From an uncultured virus (IMG/VR IMGVR_UViG_2049941000_000876) (lineage: Duplodnaviria > Heunggongvirae > Uroviricota > Caudoviricetes), in the IMG/VR virus record IMGVR_UViG_2049941000_000876: 37,222 nucleotides of DNA. The stretch is one strand, 5' to 3'. Position numbers and translations under genes: made by a program. This document shows positions 15,387-24,783 of this stretch, in pieces; positions within the stretch are counted from its first letter, which is position 1; the number at the start of each line of letters is the position of its first letter. A model generated the notes under the pieces. The model searched no databases. It worked only from the letters and a program-made list of their open reading frames with translations, and had not been told where the DNA came from.

Positions 15387-16228
15387 ACACAGCAGTATTC
15401 ATATGTACACATGGAAGACCAAATTCACAACATACATTACATCTATTGAGAAATAGTGGATATACTGGTAAAATATATTTGATAGTAGATGATGAGGACA
15501 ATACACTTCAAGAGTTAATGTTAAAGACTTATGGGCAAGCTCAGATAGTAGAATTTTGTAAGCAAGAATATATAACTAAATCTGACACCGGAACGAATGA
15601 AAATCAGCGTAAGTGTATTTTATACGCTAAGAATTTTTGCGAAGACCTGGCGCAAAATATGAAGCTGGACGCATATGTTATAGCTGATGATGATATATTA
15701 AATTTTAGATTTAGATATCCTGAAGATGGTAGTTTGAAAAGTCAGAAAGTATTGACAACAATGGATGAAGTAATGGATGCTTATTATCAGGTCATGATTG
15801 ACTGTGATATGGTAGCAACAGGCTTTGGATTTACTCAATTCTATTTCTCAGGTTCAGAATCATTTGGCAATGAGAATATGCAAAAGTACAGAGTGCCTTA
15901 TAATTTTGTATTTAGAAATGCGAAGCATAGAGTAGATTGGATGAGTTGGTTCGGTGAAGATATAATAACAGCAGTATACTATGGAAGAATAGGTCAGTTG
16001 TGGACAGCACTACCATATGTTCAGCAAGAGATTGTAGCTTTAGCATCAGCAAGTGGTGGAATGAAAGATACTTATGACGGAAACTCTAGTGCAAGATTAG
16101 CTATGCAAAATGTTATGTATCTTCCTGCAGAGCTTAAAGCATATCTATATAAGGGCAAATTTATGGCATCTATAAAGAGAGAGCAAGCTTTTCCAAAGCT
16201 AATCAGTTCCAGTTTTAAGAAGCAATAA
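15383..16228 (+). CDS. Putative DNA glycosyltransferase (TET-associated/GREB1-like GT-A family)
   Basis: ATGA-coupled to polA; ICTHGRP, IVDDED, YAKN, ADDDI, GED, SGGMKDTY, FPKLIS; paralog of 16697..17563. Confidence 0.7.
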   Translation: MNTAVFICTHGRPNSQHTLHLLRNSGYTGKIYLIVDDEDNTLQELMLKTYGQAQIVEFCKQEYITKSDTGTNENQRKCILYAKNFCEDLAQNMKLDAYVIADDDILNFRFRYPEDGSLKSQKVLTTMDEVMDAYYQVMIDCDMVATGFGFTQFYFSGSESFGNENMQKYRVPYNFVFRNAKHRVDWMSWFGEDIITAVYYGRIGQLWTALPYVQQEIVALASASGGMKDTYDGNSSARLAMQNVMYLPAELKAYLYKGKFMASIKREQAFPKLISSSFKKQ

Positions 16229-16272
16229 GATGTTATATAATATTTATAGATATGAAGTTGAAAGGAGATAAT

Positions 16273-16710
16273 ATGAAGCAATTATTCGCAGACGAAAGTG
16301 TTAAAAATAATCCAATGGGAGATGATACAAAGTATTCAAGAGCAATAAGAGTACCTCAGTATGAGCCTAAGAATGAGAAGCCTATACTCGCATCAGTGTA
16401 TGATATCAATAAATATAGCAAGCTAATGGCTAGAATAAATAAATCTAATGTATCAGAAGAAGAGAAGAAATTTCTTAAATTCGCCGCATCAAGACATATC
16501 GTATTTAATTATAGTAAGATAGCAGATTATTATGCCCATGCAAGCGCAGAGATGCAGGAGCTTATGGAAGAATCAGCACTTGTTATTCTTGATATAGATG
16601 ATGCCATAGCTAATGGATATATAGCTCTTTCAGAAAAGATGCAACAACTTATTGAAGAAGAGAAAGCTAGGGCTGCAAAAGCTAAGGAGAATAAAGATGA
16701 GCAAACTTGA
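16273..16710 (+). CDS. Helical accessory protein between the two glycosyltransferases
   Basis: AAAGGAG SD before ATG 16273; PQYEP, RHIVFNYSKIADYYAHA, SALVILDIDDAIANGY. Confidence 0.75.
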   Translation: MKQLFADESVKNNPMGDDTKYSRAIRVPQYEPKNEKPILASVYDINKYSKLMARINKSNVSEEEKKFLKFAASRHIVFNYSKIADYYAHASAEMQELMEESALVILDIDDAIANGYIALSEKMQQLIEEEKARAAKAKENKDEQT

Positions 16711-17563
16711 TGATTTTGCAGTAATGATATTATGTCATGGTAGACCAGACAATACACCAACTTTTGATACACTAAGAAAGTATGGATATACAGGTAGAAT
16801 TATTATAGTTTGTGATGATGAGGATAAAACATTATCTGAGTATCAGAGAATATATCCAGAAGTACAAGTATTCAGTAAGGATTATGTAGCTACATATATG
16901 GACCCTATGGATAATTCTAATGATAGAAGATGTGCAGTATATGCCAGAAATGCTTGTTTCGATATAGCAGAAAGGTTAGGATTAAAATATTTTGCGGAAT
17001 ATGATGACGATTACACTTCACATCCATATAGATGGGAAGAAAATGGTGTTCTCTACAGAAGTTTACTTGCTAACTTGGATGAAGTGTTTAAAGCGTATAT
17101 GGACTTTATGGAGACAAGCGAAGAGATATATTCAATCGCATTCGGACAACCGGGAGACTTTATTGGTGGTTGCGGAAGTAGATTACATAGAGAAAGATAT
17201 AGACGAAAATGTATGAACAGTTGGATATGTAAGACAGATAGACGTTTTACATTTAATGGTAGAATGAATGATGACCAGCTTACATATAGTTTATATGGTA
17301 TGCGTGGAAAGATATTTCTTACATTCGACTTTATGATGATAGACCAGCCTGAAACACAATCAGTAAAGGGCGGAATGACAGATATGTATTTAGGGGCAGG
17401 TACTTATCAGAAAACATTTTTCTCGATTATGTGTTGTCCATCATTTATAAAAGCCGGTATGATGGGAGATAGATATTATAGAATACATCATAAAGTATCA
17501 CATGAAAATGCTTATCCAAAGATAATATCAAGTAAATATAAGAAAAAAGGAGAAGAAGGATGA
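16697..17563 (+). CDS. Putative DNA glycosyltransferase (TET-associated/GREB1-like GT-A family)
   Basis: AAGGAG SD; ILCHGRP, VCDDED, YARN, YDDDY, GRMNDD, KGGMTDMY, RIHH, YPKIIS. Confidence 0.72.
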   Translation: MSKLDDFAVMILCHGRPDNTPTFDTLRKYGYTGRIIIVCDDEDKTLSEYQRIYPEVQVFSKDYVATYMDPMDNSNDRRCAVYARNACFDIAERLGLKYFAEYDDDYTSHPYRWEENGVLYRSLLANLDEVFKAYMDFMETSEEIYSIAFGQPGDFIGGCGSRLHRERYRRKCMNSWICKTDRRFTFNGRMNDDQLTYSLYGMRGKIFLTFDFMMIDQPETQSVKGGMTDMYLGAGTYQKTFFSIMCCPSFIKAGMMGDRYYRIHHKVSHENAYPKIISSKYKKKGEEG

Positions 17564-18693
17564 AGTTTACAATTAACACAGCGCAGTTTCAAAACATGGT
17601 AGCAAAAGCAGTAAAGGGTGCAAGCATGAATAATGATTTATTCATTACTCAGCTTATATCTATTTCATTAAAAGATAATACCCTTACACTTACCACAACA
17701 GATAATAATAATTATCTGTATGTAAAGGCTAACAAGGTAGCAGGAGATGATTTCTCAGTAGTAGTTGGAGTAGATAAGTTTAGTAAACTTATAGCAAAGC
17801 TCACCTGTGAGAATGTAACATTAGAAGTGCCTGATTCAGAAGATGGAGAGTTAGATAAGCTGATTATCAAAGGTAATGGTAAGTATATTATTGAGTTGCC
17901 TTATGATGAGAATGGAGAGCTTATTGAGTTCAGTGATCCACTTGATGCTAGTAATGATAAGTTCTGGAGCAGTGGCACAACTCAGCTTTCAACAATTAAG
18001 CACATTCTCGCCACAGCAAAAGCCTCATTGTTAGTAAATAAGAACGATTCATGCTATGCAAACTATTATGTAGGCAATCGTGTAGTTGCTACAGATACAT
18101 ATAAGATTTGTGGTGTTGACATTAAGATTTTTGATACACCTAAGCTTATATCACCTGAACTTATGGACTTGATTGATGTAATGTCAACGGAGAATATTGA
18201 CATCAGATATAGTGACGATGTTGTAATTTTTGATGGCGCAGATGTAGTAGTTTATGGTGTAGTAGAAGAAGGTATAGAAAATTATCCTATTGATGCTATC
18301 TCGGGATTGCTTGATGAAGAGTTCCCTAGCTCATGTAAGATTGATAAATCAGCACTTATCCAGATGCTTGAAAGACTTACCTTGTTTGTAGATGAGTTTG
18401 ACAAGAACAGTGTATATCTTACATTCACTAAAGAAGGACTTATAGTATCATCTAAGCAAGATAGTGGTTCAGAGACAATTCCTTATTCTGATAGTAAGAA
18501 CTTCAAGGACTATACCTGCTGTCTTGACATCGACTTGTTTAAGACACAGGTTAAAGCATATCAAGATGAAGCTATCGAGATGCTTTATGGTAAAGAGAAC
18601 AGCCTCAAATTTGTAGGTGGAAACACAAAGCAGATTTTAGCTCTTGCTGATGATGATAGAGACACAGAAGAAGCTCCATTTAATGAGGAGTAA
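17560..18693 (+). CDS. dnaN: DNA polymerase III beta-type sliding clamp
   Basis: 377 aa; MKFTIN start, LTLTTTD, VVATDTYKI, NYP, LERL; three-domain length. Confidence 0.85.
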   Translation: MKFTINTAQFQNMVAKAVKGASMNNDLFITQLISISLKDNTLTLTTTDNNNYLYVKANKVAGDDFSVVVGVDKFSKLIAKLTCENVTLEVPDSEDGELDKLIIKGNGKYIIELPYDENGELIEFSDPLDASNDKFWSSGTTQLSTIKHILATAKASLLVNKNDSCYANYYVGNRVVATDTYKICGVDIKIFDTPKLISPELMDLIDVMSTENIDIRYSDDVVIFDGADVVVYGVVEEGIENYPIDAISGLLDEEFPSSCKIDKSALIQMLERLTLFVDEFDKNSVYLTFTKEGLIVSSKQDSGSETIPYSDSKNFKDYTCCLDIDLFKTQVKAYQDEAIEMLYGKENSLKFVGGNTKQILALADDDRDTEEAPFNEE

Positions 18694-18702
18694 TGACAAT
18701 CA

Positions 18703-18732
18703 AAGGGAGAGCTTTTAACTCTCCCTTATTTT
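18703..18732 (+). terminator. Intrinsic terminator
   Basis: AAGGGAGAG-cttttaa-CTCTCCCTT followed by ATTTT. Confidence 0.8.
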
Positions 18733-18746
18733 AACTGGAGAATAAT

Positions 18747-19541
18747 ATGGGACGAGAATCATTAAAAAATGTTAGTCGATTGATTTCAATAGCTAACACA
18801 ACACCATCAATAAGTGAAGCCTTTTTAGAAGATTTTAAAAGAAGTGTGATACTGACAGAAGAAAAGAATAGCGGTCTACCATCAGCCACTTTTAAACCAT
18901 CATCTCTTAATTGTGCAAGAGGATGTTACTATCAGATAATGGGAGTACAACCAGAAGGCGGAAGTGTATCATTTAATATGATTGGCATATGTAATAGTGG
19001 TAGTGATATTCATGTGAGAGTGCAGACCGCAGTAATGCAGATGATAGATAACGGGATAGATTGTGAGTGGATAGATGTAGAGCAGTATATAAAAGAAAAC
19101 AATCTTGATTATCTGATAGTCAGAGAGAAGAAAGGCACAGAGACAAAACTTTATGATACTAGATATGGAACATATATCAGTTTCATGTGTGATGGTATTA
19201 TAAAATATAAAGGAAAATATTACATCTTAGAGATTAAGACAGAGAGTAGCAATAAGTGGTATGGAAGAACAGATGTAGACCCAAAACATCATAAACAAGC
19301 CATTTCTTACTCAAATAGCTTTAAGATAGATACAGTATTATTTTTGTATGTAGAGCGTGATTTGCTCAATATGAAAGCATTTCAGTTCAATGTAACAGAT
19401 GATATGAGAAATGAGCTTGTACATTTCTTTAAGAATGTGCAGGGATATGTAGAGAGAAAGATAGTTCCCCCTAAAGATAATCTGCCAGCATCAGTGTGTA
19501 GATACTGTGGATATTCAGTACAATGCAGAAAGGATGGATAG
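18747..19541 (+). CDS. Cas4-like PD-(D/E)xK exonuclease with Fe-S cysteines
   Basis: PSSLNCAR, GSDIH, CDGII...LEIKT, QAISY, CRYCGYSVQC. Confidence 0.85.
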   Translation: MGRESLKNVSRLISIANTTPSISEAFLEDFKRSVILTEEKNSGLPSATFKPSSLNCARGCYYQIMGVQPEGGSVSFNMIGICNSGSDIHVRVQTAVMQMIDNGIDCEWIDVEQYIKENNLDYLIVREKKGTETKLYDTRYGTYISFMCDGIIKYKGKYYILEIKTESSNKWYGRTDVDPKHHKQAISYSNSFKIDTVLFLYVERDLLNMKAFQFNVTDDMRNELVHFFKNVQGYVERKIVPPKDNLPASVCRYCGYSVQCRKDG

Positions 19542-19542
19542 T

Positions 19543-20010
19543 ATGAATCGAAAAAGTCGTGGTAAGGATTTTGAAGGTATAGTAAGATTAGCTTTTGAGA
19601 AAGTACCTGATACAGCGGTGTATAGATTGCATGATGATATGTCGGGGTTTAAGGGGGTGAAAAATCCATGCGACTTCTTTATTTATCATAAGCCAATTTT
19701 ATATGCTATAGAGTGTAAAGCCACGAATAAACCATCACTTCCATTCAGTAATATCACAGAATATCAGTGGACAGAATTGCTAAGAATGTCAAAGATATCT
19801 GGAGTAGTAGCTGGTATCATGTGTTGGTTCGTCAATGAAGATGCAACACTATTTATACCCATTCAGATTTTAGAGATGTTAAAGCAGAATGGGGCAAAAA
19901 GTATCAGATATGATGCTGATGATTTCGCAATCATACAGATACCAGGCGTGAAAAAGAGAGTTTTTTGGACCTATGATATGTCAGTGTTATTCCAGTCGAT
20001 ACCTATGTGA
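19543..20010 (+). CDS. recU: RecU-like Holliday junction resolvase
   Basis: RGKDFE, PCDF, IECKAT, LPFSNITEYQ; start 19543 from AAGGA SD. Confidence 0.8.
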   Translation: MNRKSRGKDFEGIVRLAFEKVPDTAVYRLHDDMSGFKGVKNPCDFFIYHKPILYAIECKATNKPSLPFSNITEYQWTELLRMSKISGVVAGIMCWFVNEDATLFIPIQILEMLKQNGAKSIRYDADDFAIIQIPGVKKRVFWTYDMSVLFQSIPM

Positions 20011-20051
20011 AATGCGAGTATAATTAAAGAGAAAAAGAAAGTGAGTAGCCG

Positions 20052-20261
20052 ATGGGAGAGATAACAGAATTTTGTGTAGGATGTAGAAGATGTGCAAACT
20101 TAGCAAGAGTAGGAAAGAATACTTATTGTTGTTCAGAAAGAGTGCATATGGATGATACACCAGTAATGCCCATTGTAGATGGAAAACACACAGAAGATTG
20201 GAATGCTTGTGAGGGCGAAGATTATAAGCGAGTAGCAAGAAGTCAATCAAGAACAAGTTAA
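20052..20261 (+). CDS. Small Cys-rich hypothetical protein
   Basis: CVGCRRC...YCC...C; fits operon spacing. Confidence 0.65.
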   Translation: MGEITEFCVGCRRCANLARVGKNTYCCSERVHMDDTPVMPIVDGKHTEDWNACEGEDYKRVARSQSRTS

Positions 20262-20271
20262 GGAGAATAAC

Positions 20272-20769
20272 ATGGTAGACAAAGAAATTTTAGATAAGAT
20301 AGAAGCTAATTCTACAGAGATTGATAAGACAATCAATGATATTATTGAACGATACTCAGGAGAGCTTGATAATTATGTCAACTTCATAAGAGGTATTCTT
20401 AGAAATGATGAACAGCCTCCTACAGATGCAGAGCTTGATGATTTTGCCTTAAATCTTTCTACAATGATTTATTACACAAGTGTTGGCGCAGAACAGATGG
20501 GTATAAGAGATGATTTGTCACATTCTGTATATAAAGAAGCTTACAATTCAGCCCGTTCTTTACAGAAGTCTGGCACAGTAGCAGATAAGAACACACAAGC
20601 AGAGATTGACAGTACGGCAGAAAAGATAGTTAATATAGTCTATAACAAGTCATATAAGATTTTAAAGGCGAAAGTTGATTCCGCTCAAGAATTATTATCA
20701 TCAGTTAAGAAGATAATTAGTAGGCGTATGTCAGAGCAGGAACTATCAATGATGCAAACAAATAAGTGA
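20272..20769 (+). CDS. Helical protein, possible UvsY-like recombination mediator
   Basis: AAGGAG SD; all-helical pattern; directly upstream of recA; function inferred from position. Confidence 0.5.
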   Translation: MVDKEILDKIEANSTEIDKTINDIIERYSGELDNYVNFIRGILRNDEQPPTDAELDDFALNLSTMIYYTSVGAEQMGIRDDLSHSVYKEAYNSARSLQKSGTVADKNTQAEIDSTAEKIVNIVYNKSYKILKAKVDSAQELLSSVKKIISRRMSEQELSMMQTNK

Positions 20770-20779
20770 GGTAAATAAT

Positions 20780-21829
20780 ATGGCTAAAGCAAAGATGAGC
20801 CTTGATGAAGTCATCAAGAGGATAAACAAAGATGCGGGAGCAGATATTGTAGGATATGGTATTCCTAAAAGAGATTATACAAGAATACCATTCACATCTC
20901 CAAGAATGAATTATTGTACATACGGTGGCATTCCTACAGGCAGACTTGTTGAGTTCTTTGGTGAAGAACATGGTGGAAAAACAAGTAGTGCGCTTGATAT
21001 TGTAGCTAATTATCAGCGTATGCAGTTAGAAGAAGAACATCCTAAGAAAGTAGCATATTTTGATAGTGAGATTACACTTGATGTAGAATGGGCAGCAAAG
21101 TTGGGCGTAGATGTAGACGATTTAATATTGTTACAGCCCGAAGAGCAGAGCGCAGAAGATATTTTACAGGATATCCTAGATATGATGAGTACGGGAGAAG
21201 TAGGGTTAGTAATTCTTGATTCTATAGCCGCTATGGTATCAGCACAAGCTATGGATAAAACTGTAGCAGATAAGACATATGCTGGCATCTCAGCTCCATT
21301 AACCACATTTGGTAATAAGGCAGTAATGCTGTGCAAAAGATATAATTGTACAGTAATAGGTATAAATCAGATAAGAGATGATTTAGGGGCTATGTGGGGT
21401 GGAGCAATAAAGACACCTGGTGGAAGAGGATGGAAACATCTATGCTCAGTTCGTATGCAGTTTACAAGAGGCTCATTTATTGATGAAAAGGGTAATGAGA
21501 TTAAACGAAGCTCAGAAAGTCCTGCGGGAAATAAAGTCTTAATGACAATGGTAAAGAACAAGACTTGCCCATCAAATAGAAGAGGTGGTTATTATACTCT
21601 TGATTACGCCAATGGTATAGATTATCTTACAGACTTATTAGAAGTAGCATTAAAATATAATCTTATAGACCAGCATGGCGCATGGTTTTCAATTATCAAT
21701 CCCGATACAGGAGAAATTCTCGCAGATAAGATACAAGGCATGGCGAATGTGAGAGATTTCTTTATGGATGAAGAGAACGAGGCTGTTCTATCATTTGTAG
21801 AACAATATATTGATGATAAGATAGGATAA
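20780..21829 (+). CDS. recA: RecA/UvsX recombinase
   Basis: GGIPTGRLVEFFGEEHGGKT, VILDSIAA, INQIR, TPGGRGWKH, VKNK. Confidence 0.95.
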   Translation: MAKAKMSLDEVIKRINKDAGADIVGYGIPKRDYTRIPFTSPRMNYCTYGGIPTGRLVEFFGEEHGGKTSSALDIVANYQRMQLEEEHPKKVAYFDSEITLDVEWAAKLGVDVDDLILLQPEEQSAEDILQDILDMMSTGEVGLVILDSIAAMVSAQAMDKTVADKTYAGISAPLTTFGNKAVMLCKRYNCTVIGINQIRDDLGAMWGGAIKTPGGRGWKHLCSVRMQFTRGSFIDEKGNEIKRSSESPAGNKVLMTMVKNKTCPSNRRGGYYTLDYANGIDYLTDLLEVALKYNLIDQHGAWFSIINPDTGEILADKIQGMANVRDFFMDEENEAVLSFVEQYIDDKIG

Positions 21830-21836
21830 GTAATTT

Positions 21837-21860
21837 GCGGAACATTATGTGTTCCGCTTT
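21837..21860 (+). terminator. Probable terminator hairpin after recA
   Basis: GCGGAACA-ttatg-TGTTCCGC followed by TTT. Confidence 0.65.
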
Positions 21861-21886
21861 ACTATCTCGTAAATATGTTATATAAT
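21858..21886 (+). promoter_or_regulatory. Sigma-A-type promoter
   Basis: TTTACT-17 nt-TATAAT; includes the AAATATGTTATA segment seen at other promoters. Confidence 0.7.
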
Positions 21887-21925
21887 GTTTACAGAGTTAA
21901 AAATACACTATGAAAGAGAGATGAT

Positions 21926-22081
21926 ATGAGCAAAAATTACAGATGTACTAAATGTGTTCACTTTAAGAAACACTATTCACCGTCACTTCATATGTATATA
22001 AGCACTTGTAAAGCACCAAGACCATTACCAATTGGATGTGTTGGTGTGTACAAGAAGAAAGAGGAGAAAACCAATGGCTAA
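21926..22081 (+). CDS. Small Cys-containing protein (51 aa)
   Basis: MSKNYRCTKC...; first ORF after the promoter; below ORF-track cutoff. Confidence 0.55.
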   Translation: MSKNYRCTKCVHFKKHYSPSLHMYISTCKAPRPLPIGCVGVYKKKEEKTNG

Positions 22082-22244
22082 ATGGATAGAAAAGAAAGTA
22101 TCAGCTTGGCGCACAGATTATATTTGTAGTAACTGTGGTAAGATGGCATTAAGCCCTTCATATTGGGAGGTTGATTTATTAAAAAGTTTATATTGTCCAC
22201 ATTGTGGTGAGCCGATGGATAACGGAGAGGAGGTAGAAGAGTGA
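22074..22244 (+). CDS. Zinc-ribbon small protein
   Basis: GAGGAG SD; MAKWI...CSNCG...YCPHCG. Confidence 0.75.
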   Translation: MAKWIEKKVSAWRTDYICSNCGKMALSPSYWEVDLLKSLYCPHCGEPMDNGEEVEE

Positions 22245-22438
22245 AATTCATAGTTGATAGTCTACCTTATTATGGTGGCCAGTGTCCTTTTTATAATGAC
22301 TGTTATCAAGCAGAATGTCTTGATTGTCCTGCGGGATGGGATAAATATAAGGTGTATGGAGAGTATGGTCAAGAAAATCCAAGACAGTGTGAACACTTAA
22401 TAGAGTATAAGCAGTTTATAAAGGAGCAGAATCAATGA
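22241..22438 (+). CDS. Small Cys-rich hypothetical protein
   Basis: GGAGG SD, GTG start; CPF..C..C..C. Confidence 0.65.
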   Translation: MKFIVDSLPYYGGQCPFYNDCYQAECLDCPAGWDKYKVYGEYGQENPRQCEHLIEYKQFIKEQNQ

Positions 22439-22701
22439 TACACGAATTGAAAATACTTCCCAAATATTTCAAGGACGTAGTATATAAGAAAAAGTGGTTT
22501 GAAATACGCAAGAATGACCGTGATTATCACGTTGGAGATAAGTTGATTCTTAGAGAGTATGAGAACGGTGAATATACGGGTTTCTCTGTTGTTAGATGGG
22601 TTATTTATATCTATCATGGAACAGGCGAATATGGTTTAGAAAAGGGCTATTGTGTATTAGGAATAACTGATAACCCGAATGATGAATACAGACCAACATA
22701 G
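22435..22701 (+). CDS. ASCH/DUF3850-like protein
   Basis: HELKILPKYF...KKWFEIRKNDRDYHVGD.LILRE. Confidence 0.85.
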   Translation: MIHELKILPKYFKDVVYKKKWFEIRKNDRDYHVGDKLILREYENGEYTGFSVVRWVIYIYHGTGEYGLEKGYCVLGITDNPNDEYRPT

Positions 22702-22717
22702 AAAGTGAGGGTAAGAA

Positions 22718-23062
22718 ATGACAAACGGAGAAAAGATACAGACCATTTTAAATATTGATAGAGATTGCACAGAGGTACATGGCGAAAACGGAACAATGAC
22801 TTTTACGGTTACTCAAGATTTTTGGAACGCAGAATATAAGGAGAGTACAAAATCAAAATATGAGGATGGCGCACTATATTTTGACTGCAAGGATGGTGTT
22901 TATGGCATAAATACATCCTCAGATAGAAAGGGTAGATTTTTTCCATTACCGACAGATTCTTTTACTGGTCGGATAGACTATGAATATTTTAAAAAACACT
23001 ATAACAATGTTTATGAATACGTGGGAGAGATTTTAGAAGCAGAAAGTGAGGAAGAGAAATGA
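22718..23062 (+). CDS. Hypothetical modular protein (MTNGE...FWNAEY N-terminus)
   Basis: GAGG SD; 114 aa ending EAESEEEK. Confidence 0.7.
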   Translation: MTNGEKIQTILNIDRDCTEVHGENGTMTFTVTQDFWNAEYKESTKSKYEDGALYFDCKDGVYGINTSSDRKGRFFPLPTDSFTGRIDYEYFKKHYNNVYEYVGEILEAESEEEK

Positions 23063-23340
23063 TAGTAAATATTTGTGGAATCCCTCATAAGATAGTTGAA
23101 TGTGAGGACAATTTTAATGTTGATACCCATTTTGGACAAATAGATTATAAGGCTTGCGAAATCCGCATAAATAAGGATATGACGGAAGAAGCTAAAAAAG
23201 AAACTATTTGCCACGAAATGATTCATGGTATTTTTGTCCATCTTGGATATAACGATTACACAAATGACGAGCAGTTGGTACAGGCTTTAGGCAATGCAAT
23301 TAGCCAAGGATTTGAGATAAGACAAGAGGTTGAGGAATGA
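23059..23340 (+). CDS. Small HExxH zincin-like protein
   Basis: IRINKD...ETICHEMIHG...E. Confidence 0.7.
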   Translation: MIVNICGIPHKIVECEDNFNVDTHFGQIDYKACEIRINKDMTEEAKKETICHEMIHGIFVHLGYNDYTNDEQLVQALGNAISQGFEIRQEVEE

Positions 23341-23549
23341 CAAGAGAAGCAAAGACAATACCCGGCTATCCACACAATAGAGATAGGAGAAAAAGACGCG
23401 GATTGTGTCGACAATGTGGAAACACAGCAAATTTTATTTGTTTTAAATGTAGGTTTTTAAAACAATATTATCAATACGATAAAGGGGAACAGAATGACAA
23501 GAGAAAAAGCAAAAGAGATAATAAGTTATCACAAAATTCTTGTAGATAG
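23337..23549 (+). CDS. Small basic Cys4 protein
   Basis: GAGG upstream; CRQCG...CFKC; overlaps the next ORF. Confidence 0.5.
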   Translation: MTREAKTIPGYPHNRDRRKRRGLCRQCGNTANFICFKCRFLKQYYQYDKGEQNDKRKSKRDNKLSQNSCR

Positions 23550-23826
23550 AGATAAGAGTGGACTTCTTGATAAACAGCTAGAATACCAAGCCATAGATAT
23601 GGCTATCAAAGCATTAGAGCAAGAGCCAAAGAAAGGTCATTGGATTTATCTAAAGCATAATAAAGCAAAATGTTCTGAATGCGATGACGTTGTTTTGATT
23701 GCTCAGACGTATGGAAATGCTAACTATTGTCCGAATTGTGGTGCAAAGATGGCAGAAAGTGAGAAATATGTAAACTTCGCAGATGATTTAATACCTATTA
23801 TGGATGAGGCAGAAAGCGAGAAATAG
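23494..23826 (+). CDS. Modular protein with C-terminal zinc ribbon
   Basis: AIDMAIKALEQEP linker; GHWI..CSEC..NYCPNCGAKM. Confidence 0.75.
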   Translation: MTREKAKEIISYHKILVDRDKSGLLDKQLEYQAIDMAIKALEQEPKKGHWIYLKHNKAKCSECDDVVLIAQTYGNANYCPNCGAKMAESEKYVNFADDLIPIMDEAESEK

Positions 23827-23829
23827 AAA

Positions 23830-24090
23830 ATGGAAATGTCGATTGAAGATATAATACAAGAACTAGAGCGTACAAAAGATTATCCAGCAAATGACCCTGC
23901 AAGTGATGAAGCATTAGATGGTGCAATAGAAATCATACACAAGTATCAGAAGATAGAGCAAATAGTAAAACAATATAAGAAATTTGGAAACATTGACTTT
24001 TCCATGCAGATAATTAGTGGGGTGGTGGAAGATGAGGTAGGAAGTGAGGAAAAGAATGACAGAACAGGAATTTATAGACAAGATAAATAA
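23830..24090 (+). CDS. Hypothetical protein
   Basis: 86-aa ORF, KYQKIEQIV segment. Confidence 0.6.
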   Translation: MEMSIEDIIQELERTKDYPANDPASDEALDGAIEIIHKYQKIEQIVKQYKKFGNIDFSMQIISGVVEDEVGSEEKNDRTGIYRQDK

Positions 24091-24232
24091 AGCAATAAAG
24101 AACTGCCCTTGGAAGGTAGATATGTGTGGTGTAGATGTATGTAGAGGTGATGTTCTACCTTGTCAGGAATGTATAGATTCTGGAAGATGCGACACAATAA
24201 GAACTGTATATAAGGAGATGCAGAATGGCTAA
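24056..24232 (+). CDS. Small Cys-rich hypothetical protein
   Basis: GAGG SD before ATG 24056; several Cys. Confidence 0.6.
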   Translation: MTEQEFIDKINKAIKNCPWKVDMCGVDVCRGDVLPCQECIDSGRCDTIRTVYKEMQNG

Positions 24233-24653
24233 TGATAAATGGATTGATATAGGGAAAAACACGGTAGATACATCAAAGGGTTACACCATCAATTTCGATA
24301 AAGTGTTCAATCGGGAAGATATTGTAAATATGGACATGTATCAAAGTCCTATTACAGCAATGTTTGATGACCTTGAATATAAGATACGAGAGGAACACGA
24401 AAAACAAATCTTTGAGGCTGTTCAGAATGTGAGAATACGTGTAGATAAAGAAGAGTTGATAAAAGCCTTACAGTACGACAGGGACCAATATAGAAAAGGT
24501 TTTGTGGATGCTAAAAGAGAAATACTTGATAAGATAAGAGCCGAAGTAGAAATGCGGTTATCCCTTATGATGTTCGACCAATACGGTAACGAAACACCCG
24601 AACATAAAGAGTTTATATGTATTATAGACGAGATATTGAAGGGAGAAGAATAA
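24225..24653 (+). CDS. Hypothetical protein
   Basis: AAGGAG SD; VDKEELIKALQYDRDQY segment. Confidence 0.7.
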   Translation: MANDKWIDIGKNTVDTSKGYTINFDKVFNREDIVNMDMYQSPITAMFDDLEYKIREEHEKQIFEAVQNVRIRVDKEELIKALQYDRDQYRKGFVDAKREILDKIRAEVEMRLSLMMFDQYGNETPEHKEFICIIDEILKGEE

Positions 24654-24783
24654 ATGAAAGCAATTTTAGAGCAGTGGGATGGTAAATTTAAACTTGATAA
24701 TGAGATACATATAAATCTTGACGATTTTAACCCAAAAGATGGAGATGAGTTTCATATAGAGTTATTATCAAAGAGAAGGAGAC

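Noticed and set aside
18747..19541. Cas4-like gene as evidence of a CRISPR-Cas system
   Set aside because: Solo Cas4-like exonucleases are common in phage recombination modules; here it neighbours recU and recA
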